Below, in pieces: positions 50,361-62,489 of a stretch of 64,000 bases of DNA. How positions within the stretch are numbered: position 1 is the stretch's first letter; every line of letters starts with the position of its first letter. Below the pieces are notes generated by a model. The model was not told where the DNA came from and did not search any database. It saw only the letters and a program-made list of their open reading frames with translations. Origin of the DNA: Macrostomum lignano. Its lineage: Eukaryota. The DNA lies in assembly GCA_002269645.1 (NCBI GenBank), contig NIVC01001210.1:186001-250000 (forward strand). Direction: 5' to 3'. The position numbers and the translations under genes were made by a program.

Positions 50361-50904
50361 TTCTGAGCTGTTTTCGCTGCAGAATAGATTACAGTACCCT
50401 AAAGTAACAAAGGTTTCTAAAACCCATGCCTACCCATATTTGCTCTGTTAACAAGCCCAGAAGGTCAGATATTAATTGGCACCTTAGTGCAAAACACTGA
50501 CAACTTCCTATATTGCCATTGCAAGCTGTCCACAATTCTCCTGGTGCAATGCCAGGAGAGAAACTTCACACAGTTGCTTCGCCTTGTTTCCCCTGCTTGC
50601 CAGTCCAGTGTGACAAATTGTATTTGGGACGAACTGGCTCTCAGTCAACCCTCTCCAGGGCTGCCCAGATGGGAGTTGCGGCTGGTTAATCAGAAAAAAC
50701 TGCCGGCAATGCCGCCCAGTCAAAGCGGAGCACAGCGGCTTCTCTACGCTGTTGCTTTTCAATGCAGATTTTCCTGATCTTCATGTACTTTAACTGTTCC
50801 AGCTGATAAAGCTGCTGACTGTTTGCTCATTAACTGTAACCCGAATCTGTAACTCCGATAGATAACCGAATCTGTCACTCCAATAGATACCCGAATCTAC
50901 CCTA

Positions 50905-50909
50905 ACTAG

Positions 50910-50987
<78 letters not shown>

Positions 50988-51052
50988 GACTAACTAACTA
51001 ACTAAATAAATAACTAACTAACTAAATAACTAACTAGCAAACCAACTAACTA
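50905..51052. repeat. (CTAA)n microsatellite
   Basis: Tetranucleotide run. Confidence 0.95.
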
Positions 51053-51080
51053 ACAAAAGCTCCATGGCGACCCCGCTCAC

Positions 51081-51709
51081 CCCATCCATCTTCTGCTGGA
51101 ATTCGCTCCTCGCCGCGTTCATGTTGGCAATCATGGAGCCGACATTGCCAACAATCGTGGCAAAGACCAACACACCGACAAGGAAGTCGGCCGTCACGAA
51201 GGCGTACTCCAGATCGAGCACCGGGTGCGGAGTCTCTCCTATGGTGGTGAGGGTCAGCGCGGACCAGTAGAAGGAGTAGATGTACTCTCTGTGGAACTGG
51301 TCCCACTCTGAGCTGTAGTTGTACGGCTCTGCCGGAGACAGCTGGCAGGCGTCGTCTCGTGGCGGGTAGACCCAGGCATCGCTGCCGAGGCCCAGGGCTT
51401 TGGAGATGGCGAAGAAGAGGCAGGCATTCCAGTGGATGATCACCAGGATGTACAGCACCAGCTGCAGCACCCTGAACAGGTTGGGCCAGCTGGTTCGAGT
51501 CTCAGTCCGGTCGAAGAATTCCAGTACTCGGCGTACTTTTAATAATCGGTTGAATCGGACCCAAACACCCGCCGTGGTGACTGAGGGGGACAGGTACAGC
51601 AGGTCGGTGGGTAGCGAGCTCAGGACGTCCAGCTTGGTGCTCGGCTGACTCAGATAGCGTCTGAGCAGTCGGTGTGGGTCCGTCACTGGGAGACCCTCTT
51701 CCAGGTAGC
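51081..51709 (-). CDS. CNG channel alpha subunit, exon 3 (S3-S6 and pore)
   Basis: [19 protein letters not shown]4 [11 protein letters not shown], pore [15 protein letters not shown]6 [15 protein letters not shown]. Acceptor CCAG, donor GGG|GTGAGC. Confidence 0.96.
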
Positions 51710-51734
51710 CTGGGTGCGGCATGGCGGCGCTTTG

Positions 51735-52700
51735 AGAGTGACAGATTCGGGTATCTATCGGGGTGACAGATTCGGGTATCTATCGGAGTGACAGATTCGG
51801 GTATCTATCGGAGTGACAGATTCGGGTATCTATCGTAGTGACAGATTCGGGTATCTATTGGAGTGACAGATTCGGGTATCTATTGGAGTGACAGATTCGG
51901 GTATCTATTGGAGTGACAGATTCGGGTATCTATTGGAGTGACAGATTCGGTTATCTATCGGAGTTACAGATTCGGGTGTTTATTAGGAGTAACAGATTCG
52001 AGTATCTATTGGAGTGAAAGATTCGGGTATCTATCGGAGTGACAGATTCGGGTATCTATCGGAGTGACAGATTCGGGTATCTATCGGAGTGACTTTTCGG
52101 GTGTTTATTAGGAGTGACAGATTCGGGTATCTATCGGAGTGACAGATTCGGGTATCTATCAGAGTGACAGATTCGAGTATCTATCGGAGTGACAGATTCG
52201 GGTATCTATCGGGGTGACAGATTCGGGTGTTTATTAGGAGTGACAGATTCGGTTATCTATTGGAGTGACTGATTCGGGTGTTTATTAGGAGTGACAGATT
52301 CGAGTATCTATCGGAGTGACAGATTCGGGTATCTATCGGAGTGACAGATTCGGGTATCTATCGGAGTGACAGATTCGGGTATCTATCGGAGTGACAGATT
52401 CGGGTATCTATCGGAGTGACAGATTCGGTTATCTATTGGAGTGACTGATTCGGGTGTTTATTAGGAGTGACAGATTCGAGTATCTATCGGAGTGACAGAT
52501 TCGGGTATCTATCGGAGTGACAGATTTGGGTATCTATCGGAGTGACAGATTCGGGTGTTTATTAGGAGTGACAGATTCGGGTATCTATCGGAGTGACAGA
52601 TTCGGGTATCTATCGGAGTGACAGATTCGGGTATCTATCAAGGTGACAGATTTGGGTATCTATCGGAGTGACAGAATCGGGTGTTTATTGGTGTGACAGA
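51735..52700. repeat. Intronic tandem array, 25 bp unit (GAGTGACAGATTCGGGTATCTATCG)
   Basis: About 38 copies; 2-3 inverted copies at 50839-50898. Confidence 0.95.
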
Positions 52701-52745
52701 TTCAAGTGTCTAATAAAGGGACAGATCCCAGACCCCAACCCCCAC

Positions 52746-52957
52746 CTGTGTGAGCTCCCACGTAGATATCTGCCAGGTAGAGGCAGTCGCAGACGCAGTC
52801 CAGCCCCAGCCAGAGGTAGAAGTGACTCTGCTGCACGCGGTTGAACACGCCTCGCAGCACAATGAAAATGTAGTTGTAGCTGACGGCCAGGGAGAGAAGT
52901 GCTAGCCAGCGGTGATACCATGGGCTGGCCGGGTCCAGGACAAAGTTAGACACTCTT
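52746..52957 (-). CDS. CNG channel alpha subunit, exon 2 (S1-S2)
   Basis: FVLDPASPWYHRWLALLSLAVSYNYIFIVLRGVF...LGLDCVCDCLYLADI. Phase 2 in, phase 1 out. Tandem CAG/AAG acceptor (alternative start 52954). Confidence 0.93.
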
Positions 52958-53085
52958 CTGGGCGGGCGGAAATCGAGTGTTGCTTTTAATTAGCATTTAA
53001 GTGCGATTCACGCTTATCGCTTTGGAATAGAGGATAATAACAGGTGTGTCAAATATGGGAAAATGTTATTCAAAGGTGTCTCAGA

Positions 53086-53397
53086 TGATTGTAGCCTAGT
53101 GGTCAGAGCGCCGGACTCACAACTGGAAGGTCAGGGTTCGATTTCCGATCCCACTCGAACAATTTGACACTTACGAGCGTAACTCTGCATTGCTTCAGTT
53201 CACCCAGCTGTAAAATGGGTGTCAGCATTAGCTGGGGTAATTGAGGGTGTGTGTGGCGACCCCCCCCCCAATCCTTGGACTGAACAGCCGTACGCAGCCT
53301 TCAAATGCGCCGCGCAATAGCTGCGGCTGAGCTGTCGGTTGCACATCTGGCCCCATTGGGCCAGGTGTAATCAATTACAGGTATTATTATTTATTAC
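53086..53397 (+). mobile_element. tRNA-derived SINE
   Basis: A box TAGCCTAGTGG (53092), B box GGTTCGATTTC (53135), CT-CAC-AA anticodon-like loop, central CATTGCTTCAGTTCACCCAGCTGTAAAATGGGT, TAT-repeat tail. A second 3' copy lies at 10730. Confidence 0.82.
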
Positions 53398-53439
53398 TCA
53401 AAGGATGACTGATATTGACAGGTATTTATCAAAAGAGAA

Positions 53440-54290
53440 AAAAGGGACAGGTGTCTCACAACAGGGAAAGATCCATATGGACAGGTGTCTCACAACAGGG
53501 AAAGATCGATATAGACAGGTGTCTCAGAACAAAGAAAGATCAATATGGGCAGGTGTCTCACAACAGGGAAAGATCCATATAGACAGGTGTCTCAGAACAA
53601 AGAAAGATCAATATGGACAGGTGTCTCACAACAGGGAAAGATCCATATAAACAGGTGTCTCAGAACAAAGAAAGATCAATATGGACAGGTGTCTCACAAC
53701 AGGGAAAGATTCATATAGACAGGTGTCTCAGAACAAAGAAAGATCAATATGGACAGGTGTCTTACAACAGGGAAATATCGATATGAAGAGGTGTCTTACA
53801 ACAGGGAAAGATCCACATAGACAGGTGTCTCACAACAGGGAAAGATCCATATGGACAAGTGTCTTACAACAGGGAAAGATCCATATGGACATGTGTCTCA
53901 CAACAGGGAGAGAGCGATATGGACAGGTGTCTCACAATAGGGAAAGATCCATTTGGACAGGTGTCTCACAACAGGGAAAGATCCATTTGTACAGGTGTCT
54001 CAACAGGAAAAGATCGATATGGACAGGTGTCTCAACAGGAAAAGATCGATATGGACAGGTGTCTCAACAGGAAAAGATCGATATGGACAGGTGTCTCAAC
54101 AGGAAAAGATCGATGTGGACAGGTGTCTCAACAGGAAAAGATCGATATGGACAGGTGTCTCAACAGGAAAAGATCGATATGGACAGGTGTCTCAACAGGA
54201 AAAGATCGATGTGGACAGGTGTCTCACAACAGGGAAAGATCCATATAGACAGGTGTCTCAGAACAAAGAAAGATCAATATGGACAGGTGT
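53440..54290. repeat. Tandem array, 32-34 bp units (ATGGACAGGTGTCTCACAACAGGGAAAGATCCAT and variants)
   Basis: About 25 copies in CNG intron 1. Confidence 0.93.
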
Positions 54291-54330
54291 CCAAACCAAT
54301 ATCTCGATCTGTGTTTCCAACAGGCCTCAC

Positions 54331-54698
54331 CGGGCGACCCCAGTCAGGATCGGCTCGGACGCCTCCGTCTCGATCTCCTCCGCTGCCGTCCGGGCTGGTG
54401 CGGGCTTCCCATCGGCCACCGGCTGTTGAGCGGCCTCGGCGGCGTCTGCCGGCGCCCGTCTGGCCAAGTCGCCCATGCCGAACTTTTCCAAGAAACTGTC
54501 CGCTTTCTCGTCGCCGTCGTCATCGTCAACGCCGCGGCTGCCGCTGCGCCGAGTTGGCGCGGGCCGCGCCCAGCTGCTGAGGAACCGGGCGGACCTCGCC
54601 AACCTGCCCAGAGCCGTGTCCACCGGCTGTTGCGGCAGTGTCGGCAGCGGTGGCGGCGACTCCGCATCCGGGATGGCGCTAAGGCCGTTGTGCCGCAT
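54331..54698 (-). CDS. CNG channel alpha subunit, first coding exon (N-terminal cytoplasmic region)
   Basis: Contains DSFLEKF, matching the CNGA N-terminal DSFLERF-type motif. Donor CG|GTGAG at 54331/54330 is phase-compatible with exon 2. The start codon at 54698 is less certain. The spliced product would be 683 aa. Confidence 0.75.
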
Positions 54699-55289
54699 CT
54701 GCTTCCAGGGAGGGGGGGAGCTTTCGGAGTTGCGGAGTTGCTTTGCAAAAGCAGCAGACGGACAAAAAGGTTGAGTTGAAATTTGACTTGACAGTCAGAA
54801 TTTGCGAATAGGATATATAACTCGTAGATAGAGCGAGGGGGGTAAGAGGTTCTGGAATCAAATCCCCTAGTGGTCCGGCCTCTCTAACCCAATCCCTCTT
54901 CCAGTGAGTCTCTGAAATAATCCAGCAGTGCCGCTCTATATATATATATACATACATATGCATATTGAGACAGCAAGTTCCACTGGGTCGGGCACTTGAG
55001 CGCGCAGTCTCAAAAATGAAAGGTTCAGATAGACACGGGATTTGGAGAGCCCGATGATGAATGCGGGGTGGTGGCGCAGGCCGTAAATCAAATATATTTT
55101 CTTAGAAAATGTGTTTTATAAAGTCAGCTTGCATCTTGCGGCTCTAACTTTAACAGTAAGTTTATTCAAAGCTAGTATTTATTCATATTTTTATACCTTC
55201 ATCAGTTTATGAAATATTGACATTAGCTTTTTAGTGATCTGTTCTAATGCAGGATTGTCATACTAATATTGCTGAATCCACTAATCACT

Positions 55290-55799
55290 CTACTCGTGTC
55301 TGCTCACATATCTACTCGTGTCTGCTCATCTATCTACTGTCTGCTCATCTATCTACTCGCGTCTGCTCATCTATTTACTATTTCTGCTCATCTATATACT
55401 CGTGTCTGCTCATCTATCTACTGTGTCTGCTCATCTGTCTACTCGTGTCTGCTCATCTATCTACTCGCGTCTGCTCATCTATTTACTATTTCTGCTCATC
55501 TATATACTCGTGTCTGCTCATCTATCTACTGTGTCTGCTCACATATCTACTCGTGTCTGCTCATCTATCTACTGTGTCTGCTCATCTATCTACTGTGTCT
55601 GCTCATCTGTCTACTCGTGTCTGCTCATCTATCTACTCGCGTCTGCTCATCTATTTACTATTTCTGCTCATCTATATACTCGTGTCTGCTCATCTATCTA
55701 CTGTGTCTGCTCACATATCTACTCGTGTCTGCTCATCTATCTACTGTGTCTGCTCATCTATCTACTGTGTCTGCTCATCTATCTACTCGCGTCTGCTCA
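55290..55799. repeat. Tandem array, 20-22 bp unit (TGTCTGCTCATCTATCTACTCG), left half
   Basis: Continues in register at 58714 after the Helitron. Confidence 0.93.
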
Positions 55800-56439
55800 T
55801 CCTATATACTAAAAATGGTCTGTCTGTGTCTATGTGATCGATTAGAGAAAAAATGGCTGGACCGATTTTGTTCGAACTTGCACTGTTCGATCAGAAATTT
55901 TCCCGTGACTGTACATGCATCGTGGCTAAGAAATTTCTCGATGCTAAAGGCATTAAATATTCGAAAAACATGCTTTTTTGCAAAGGTCAAGCAAACTTTT
56001 CGACTTGAAATGCATTGTAAGAATGCTAGAGAAAAAACTGACTGGTTGAATTCTGATTCTGAAATAGATTGCATCATAACTGAATTGTAACTCCGACTTG
56101 AATTGAAAATGCAGTGTGGAAGCGTAGCACCAGACTTGATTTAAATTGCGTAACCATATTGTTAACTGATACTGACTGACTGAGAAACTGATTATGTCAT
56201 AACTGCTTCGTGTGATTTACTCTATGCTTGGATTTTAAAGTGTTGAATTATATAAGTGCAAAATTTGATGTTATCAAAACGATGAGAGCTAGCCTAGAGG
56301 TGAACAAACTGAACTGCTAAATGCAGCGACGATGGTTCGAATTTTCATAGAGTACAATTTTTTAAATTAAAACTTTTCAACGTCAGGAAAACTAAAAGAC
56401 TTTTTAAAAAGAAGCATCATGTAAAATATCAGAAAAAAG

Positions 56440-57520
56440 CGTCATATAAAAATCATAGATGCGTCATTTACAAAATCATAGAAGCGTCATGTAAAAAATC
56501 ATAGAAGCGTCATGTAAAAAATCATAGAAGCGTCATGTAAAAAATCATAGAAGCGTCATGTAAACAATCATAGAAGCGTCATGTAAAAAATCATAGAAGC
56601 GCCATGTAAACAATCATAGAAGCGTCATGTAAACAATCATAGAAGCGTCATGTAAAAAATCATAGAAGCGTCATGTAAACAATCATAGAAGCGTCATGTA
56701 AACAATCATAGAAGCGTCATGTAAACAATAATAGAAGCGTCATGTAAAAAATCATAGAAGCGTCATGTAAAAATCATAGAAGCGTCATGTAAAAAATCAT
56801 AGAAGCGCCATGTAAACAATCATAGAAGCGTCATGTAAACAATCATAGAAGCGTCATGTAAACAATCATAGAAGCGTCATGTAAAAAATCATAGAAGCGT
56901 CATGTAAACAATCATAGAAGCGTCATGTAAAAAATCATAGAAGCGCCATGTAAACAATCATAGAAGCGTCATGTAAACAATCATAGAAGCGTCATGTAAA
57001 AAATCATAGAAGCGTCATGTAAACAATCATAGAAGCGTCATGTAAAAAATCATAGATGCGTCATTTACAAAATCATAGAAGCGTCATGTAAAAAATCATA
57101 GAAGCGTCATGTAAAAAATCATAGAAGCGTCATGTAAAAAATCATAGAAGCGTCATGTAAACAATCATAGAAGCGTCATGTAAAAAATCATAGAAGCGCC
57201 ATGTAAACAATCATAGAAGCGTCATGTAAACAATCATAGAAGCGTCATGTAAACAATCATAGAAGCGTCATGTAAAAAATCATAGAAGCGTCATGTAAAC
57301 AATCATAGAAGCGTCATGTAAAAAATCATAGAAGCGCCATGTAAACAATCATAGAAGCGTCATGTAAACAATCATAGAAGCGTCATGTAAAAAATCATAG
57401 AAGCGCCATGTAAACAATCATAGAAGCGTCATGTAAAAATCATAGAAGCGTCATGTAAACAATCATAGAAGCGTCATGTAAACAATCATAGAAGCGTCAT
57501 ATAAAAATCATAGAAGCCTC
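56440..57520. repeat. Tandem array, 23 bp unit (AATCATAGAAGCGTCATGTAAAA) inside the Helitron
   Basis: About 46 copies. Confidence 0.96.
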
Positions 57521-58429
57521 ATTTAAAAACTAATGAAAGTGTCATTTAAAAATTAAGAAGCATCATGGTACAATAAAAGAAGCATCATGTCAGACATGAA
57601 GGGTGTCATGTAAAAATTAAATGCAGCTATAATGCTGTGCTGGGGAGAAAAACTGAGACGTAAAGGCTCTCAGAGAATAACTGAGATTACGGGGGGGGTT
57701 GTTTCTGAGATGTCAAAGCAAAAGTCAGAAGCTACTTCAAAGTTCATGTACTTTACTCAATTTTTTATTGCATTCTTTGTTGGCTCGCCACGGGGGGCGC
57801 TGATAGAAGAAGAGTCATGTAAAAAATAAAAGTAGCACTACGTATACATAAAAGAAAAGTCATGTCGAAGTTAAAAGATTCATTTGGGAATTGCTACGAT
57901 GTCAAAGCTTGGTGGAAATCGTTATAGTGCTGTGATTCTTAAAGAAGGAATCACTAAAATGTCAAGGCTTAGGGGAGAAGAATTGCTGAGATTTCAAGGC
58001 TTTAGGTTGGGTTAAAGTTAGGTTTAGGTCAGGTGTGGGTTGAGGGTTATATTTTAGCGGGTTTCAAGGTTAACAGAATAACAGGGGATTTTTTAGATTA
58101 GAAGGTTTATGGGGGCCATCGCTGACATGTTAAGGCTTACGGGGGAATAGCTGAGATGGCAAGGTTCACGGGGGTATAAATGAGATTTCAAGGCTAAAGT
58201 CAGAAGCTACATGTAGTTTATTGAAAACTTTTTATTACATTATTTGATGCCTCCTCTGGGGAGGGATCGCTGATAGAAAAAGCGTAATGTAAAAAATAAA
58301 AGAAGCTTCATGTCGAAGTTAAAAGACTCATTTGGGAATCCCTACGATGTCGAGGCTTGCAGGGAATCGCTATAATGCTGTAGTAGTGCTATAATGACTC
58401 TTAGAGAGAATTACTGAAATTTCAATGCT

Positions 58430-58491
58430 TTAGGGTTAGGTTAGGGTTAGGGTTAGGGTTAGGGTTAGGCTTAGGCTAGGGTTAGGGTTAG
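58430..58491 (+). repeat. Interstitial telomeric repeat (TTAGGG)n inside the Helitron
   Basis: About 10 units, most of them perfect TTAGGG. Confidence 0.9.
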
Positions 58492-58713
58492 AAGGTTGAC
58501 AGATATTTTTAGATTTCCAAGGCTTATTGGGGGCATTGCTGAGATGTCAAGGGGGAAGTTGATATGTTAAAGCTTGTGGGGGGGAATTACTGACATGTCG
58601 AGGCTTACAAGGTTTGACAGGAGATTTTTTAAGATTTCAAGGATACATGTAGCTTATTAAAAAAACGTGTATTGCATTTCTTTGGCTCCCCAACGGGGGG
58701 CGTAGATTGCTAG

Positions 58714-59370
58714 TCTATTTACTATTTCTGCTCATCTATATACTCGTGTCTGCTCATCTATCTACTGTGTCTGCTCACATATCTACTCGTGTCTGCTCAT
58801 CTATCTACTGTGTCTGCTCACATATCTACTGTGTCTACTCACATATCTACTCGTGTCTGCTCATCTATCTACTGTGTCTGATCATCTATCTACTGTGTCT
58901 GCTCACATATCTACTGTGTCTACTCACATATCTACTCGTGTCTGCTCATCTATCTACTGTGTCTGATCATCTATCTACTGTGTCTGCTCATCTATCTACT
59001 GTGTCTGCTCATCTGTCTACTCGTGTCTGCTCATCTATCTACATGTGTCTGCTCACATATCTACTGTGTCTACTCACATATCTACTCGTGTCTGCTCATC
59101 TATCTACTGTGTCTGATCATCTATCTACTGTGTCTGCTCACATATCTACTGTGTCTACTCACATATCTATTCGTGTCTGCTCATCTATCTACTGTGTCTG
59201 ATCATCTATCTACTGTGTCTGCTCATCTATCTACTGTGTCTGCTCATCTGTCTACTCGTGTCTGCTCATCTATCTACATGTGTCTGCTCATCTATCTACT
59301 CGCGTCTGCTCATCTATTTACTATTTCTGCTCATCTATATACTCGTGTCTGCTCATCTATCTACTGTGTC
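58714..59370. repeat. Tandem array, 20-22 bp unit, right half of the array split by the Helitron
   Basis: Same unit and orientation as 55290-55799. Confidence 0.93.
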
Positions 59371-60297
59371 TGCACAAGTGTAAATTATTGTTCAGAGAAT
59401 AGTCTTGATTTTCTTATCGATTCGGCCAGAAGAACTGCACAAAAACATGGCAAGAATCCCTTCTATATTCTATCTGCATTCCATCACCCCAGGGTGCGCA
59501 ATCGAGGGACAGGGAATAATACTGGCTGGCACGAATCCTGATCCCCTCCCTCTGATCCCCGCTCTCGAATAGTCCCATGGCCAAGGATTCCTGAAGCTGG
59601 CAGAGCGCATGGAGTTCTGGGGCACAGAATCTGGAGAGGATCCAGAGGAACACTGGAATGGATACCGCTGCCAGAGCGCATGGATTTCTAAAACTTTCAT
59701 GGATTTCTCTGTCCAGAATCTGGAAAGGAAATTGCTAATCTATCAGACAGACGCAGGGCCTCGCGCAACAGAAAATGCCATAGACAATGAAGGAATTTTC
59801 AGTAGCCAATCAATTGGAGGCTTTGCGGAGCAAATTTCGCACCCCCAGATTTAAGGCAGACTAGCAATCCCTGGTTTTATTCATCCATTGGTGCGGCGGA
59901 CTTCAGGTTCAGGTAAGTCCCAACTCCAGACCATGTAAGGCTAAGCATTCCGCCAGCTAGCAAAAAAATCGCCCCACTCTTACGTACATCCCCCCCGACC
60001 GTTCGGAAGGTTCATAGGGATGGCGAAACCCAGGAATCGACAGGAACGAAGGCGCACAGCGAATGCAGACTCCTACAGGGGAATGCAGGAGCCCCCGGGG
60101 CCAGACCTATAAACATTTAGTTCCCTGTTCTACCTGGCCTAGGAGGTAAGTTTCCCGCGTGCGCAAAAGGGGAGGGGGGGGAGGGTGAAGAAGAAGGAAG
60201 GCAGACTGCGAGCATTTATACGCGGCCGGTCTAGCGAAGTTCGCTAAAAGAGGGGAAAGCAGTCCAGCAGGCAGACCCAGGCAACCCAGAAGCCGTC

Positions 60298-60417
60298 ATG
60301 CAGCACCACCCGACACCGTCAGCGGGGCATTCAAAGCTGTACACTCTGGCCAGCGTGTTCAACGAGAAGGCGCCGCCTGACTACACTAAGATATCGGCGC
60401 TGTATCCGCAGCGACAG
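60298..60417 (+). CDS. Zyxin/LPP-like LIM protein, exon 1 (MQHHPTPSAGHSKLYTLASVFNEKAPPDYTKISALYPQRQ)
   Basis: ATG in GCCGTCATG context, donor CAG|GTGAGA, phase 0 matching the next exon. No homology support for this segment. Confidence 0.65.
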
Positions 60418-60479
60418 GTGAGATTTTAGGGGCTGCGGCTTGAGAATATTAGGGCGAGTTGGGTCAGAGACGATTAGAA

Positions 60480-60900
60480 AGAGTGAGAGAATACGTGAAA
60501 GGGTGATAGAAGATGAGAGAGGGTGAGACAAGATTTAAGAGAGTGAGAGAAGATGGGAGAGAATGAGAGAAGTTGGGAGAGGGTGAGACAAGATTAGAGA
60601 GGGTGAGGGAAGATAGGGGAGGTGAGAGAAGATGAGAGAGGGTGAGAGAAGATGGGAGAGGGTGAGAGAAGATGGGAGAGGGTGAGAGAAGATGGGAGAG
60701 GGTGAGAGAAGATGGGAGAGAATGAGAGAAGTTGGGAGAGGGTGAGACAAGATTAGAGAGGGTGAGGGAAGATAGGGGAGGTGAGAGAAGATGAGCGAGA
60801 GTGAGAGAATATAGGAGAGGGTGAGAGAAGATGGTAGAGGGTGAGAGAGGATGGGAGAGGGTGAGATAGGATTTAAGACGGTGAGAGAAGATGAGAGAGG
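60480..60900. repeat. Purine-rich ~20 bp intronic array (GAGAGGGTGAGAGAAGATGG)
   Basis: About 20 copies. Confidence 0.9.
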
Positions 60901-61038
60901 ATGAGAACAGACATGAGTGAGTGCAGCAGCAGATATTACACTGAGTGTATGAGCAGGCAGAGGACTCACAATTCGCGGACAAGCAAGCAACAGAAAATCC
61001 AATTAAAATCAAATCCAATTTATCCATTTATTTACCAG

Positions 61039-61606
61039 CAAGACGAGTCCTACAGATACAAGCCGGCTGGAGGGGGCGGCGGCGGCATTGTGCTGGTCTC
61101 GCCGCACCCGACGGGCGCCAGCCAGGGCTCCATCAGCATCCCGGTCAGCGTGCAGCGCCGCCTGCAGATCAGCGAATCGCAGGCCTCCACCGGGGCGGCC
61201 TCGCCGTCGTCGGCCACATCAGCAGGCGGCGGCGGCAGCGGAGCCGTCATGACGATGTCGCTCTACGACGGAGTGACAAGCAGCGGCGAGCTGGTCAGCA
61301 ACTACCTGGAGGGTGGTGGGCCGCCGCAGCCACTGATGATGTCCGCCGCCGCCGCACGACGGGCCAACGCTGCAGCCGCCGCTGCGGCGGCCGCGGCCGC
61401 CTCCGCCGTCGAGGTCGGCGATCCCAACGCTATGGTCGGCGACGAAAGCGAAGACGAGCCGGTCTGCTTCCGCTGCCGCCGCTGCCTGCCCGCCGGGCTG
61501 GCGCTGCAGCTGGCCGCGCTAAACGCCTTCTTCCACCCCTACTGCTTCCTGTGCTACCAGTGCCAGGCCCCGCTGACCCAGACTTCGTCGTTCTACCACG
61601 CCGCAG
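61039..61606 (+). CDS. Zyxin/LPP-like LIM protein, exon 2 (low-complexity pre-LIM region plus most of LIM1)
   Basis: CFRC...HPYCFLCYQC zinc-finger pattern. Acceptor CCAG at 61035-61038, donor G|GTACC at 61606/61607, phase 1. Confidence 0.88.
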
Positions 61607-61649
61607 GTACCAACAGTTATCTGCATGTAGTTGTTATTGAGCTGCCTGT

Positions 61650-62440
<791 letters not shown>

Positions 62441-62489
62441 CATCAGAGTTGGTCCTCAGGCGTGTTAATCGCACGAGTCCCAATTTCAG

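Larger units (their letters stand above)
55800..58713 (+). mobile_element. Non-autonomous Helitron (2914 bp)
   Basis: Starts TC (TCCTATATACTAAAAATGGTCTGTCTGTG...GGCTGGACCGATTTT) after an A. Ends with the hairpin GCTCCCCAACGGGGGGC and CTAG before a T. No TSD. Removing it restores the satellite phrase GCGTCTGCTCA|TCTATTTACTATTTCTGCTCAT also seen near 55360. Confidence 0.85.

Noticed and set aside
53086-53160. tRNA-Val(CAC) gene
   Set aside because: The anticodon and acceptor stems do not pair, and the sequence continues into a SINE body and tail.
59400-60290. Non-repetitive GC-moderate stretch with short ORFs on both strands
   Set aside because: No recognisable product; probably the promoter or 5' region of the LIM gene, or an unclassified repeat.
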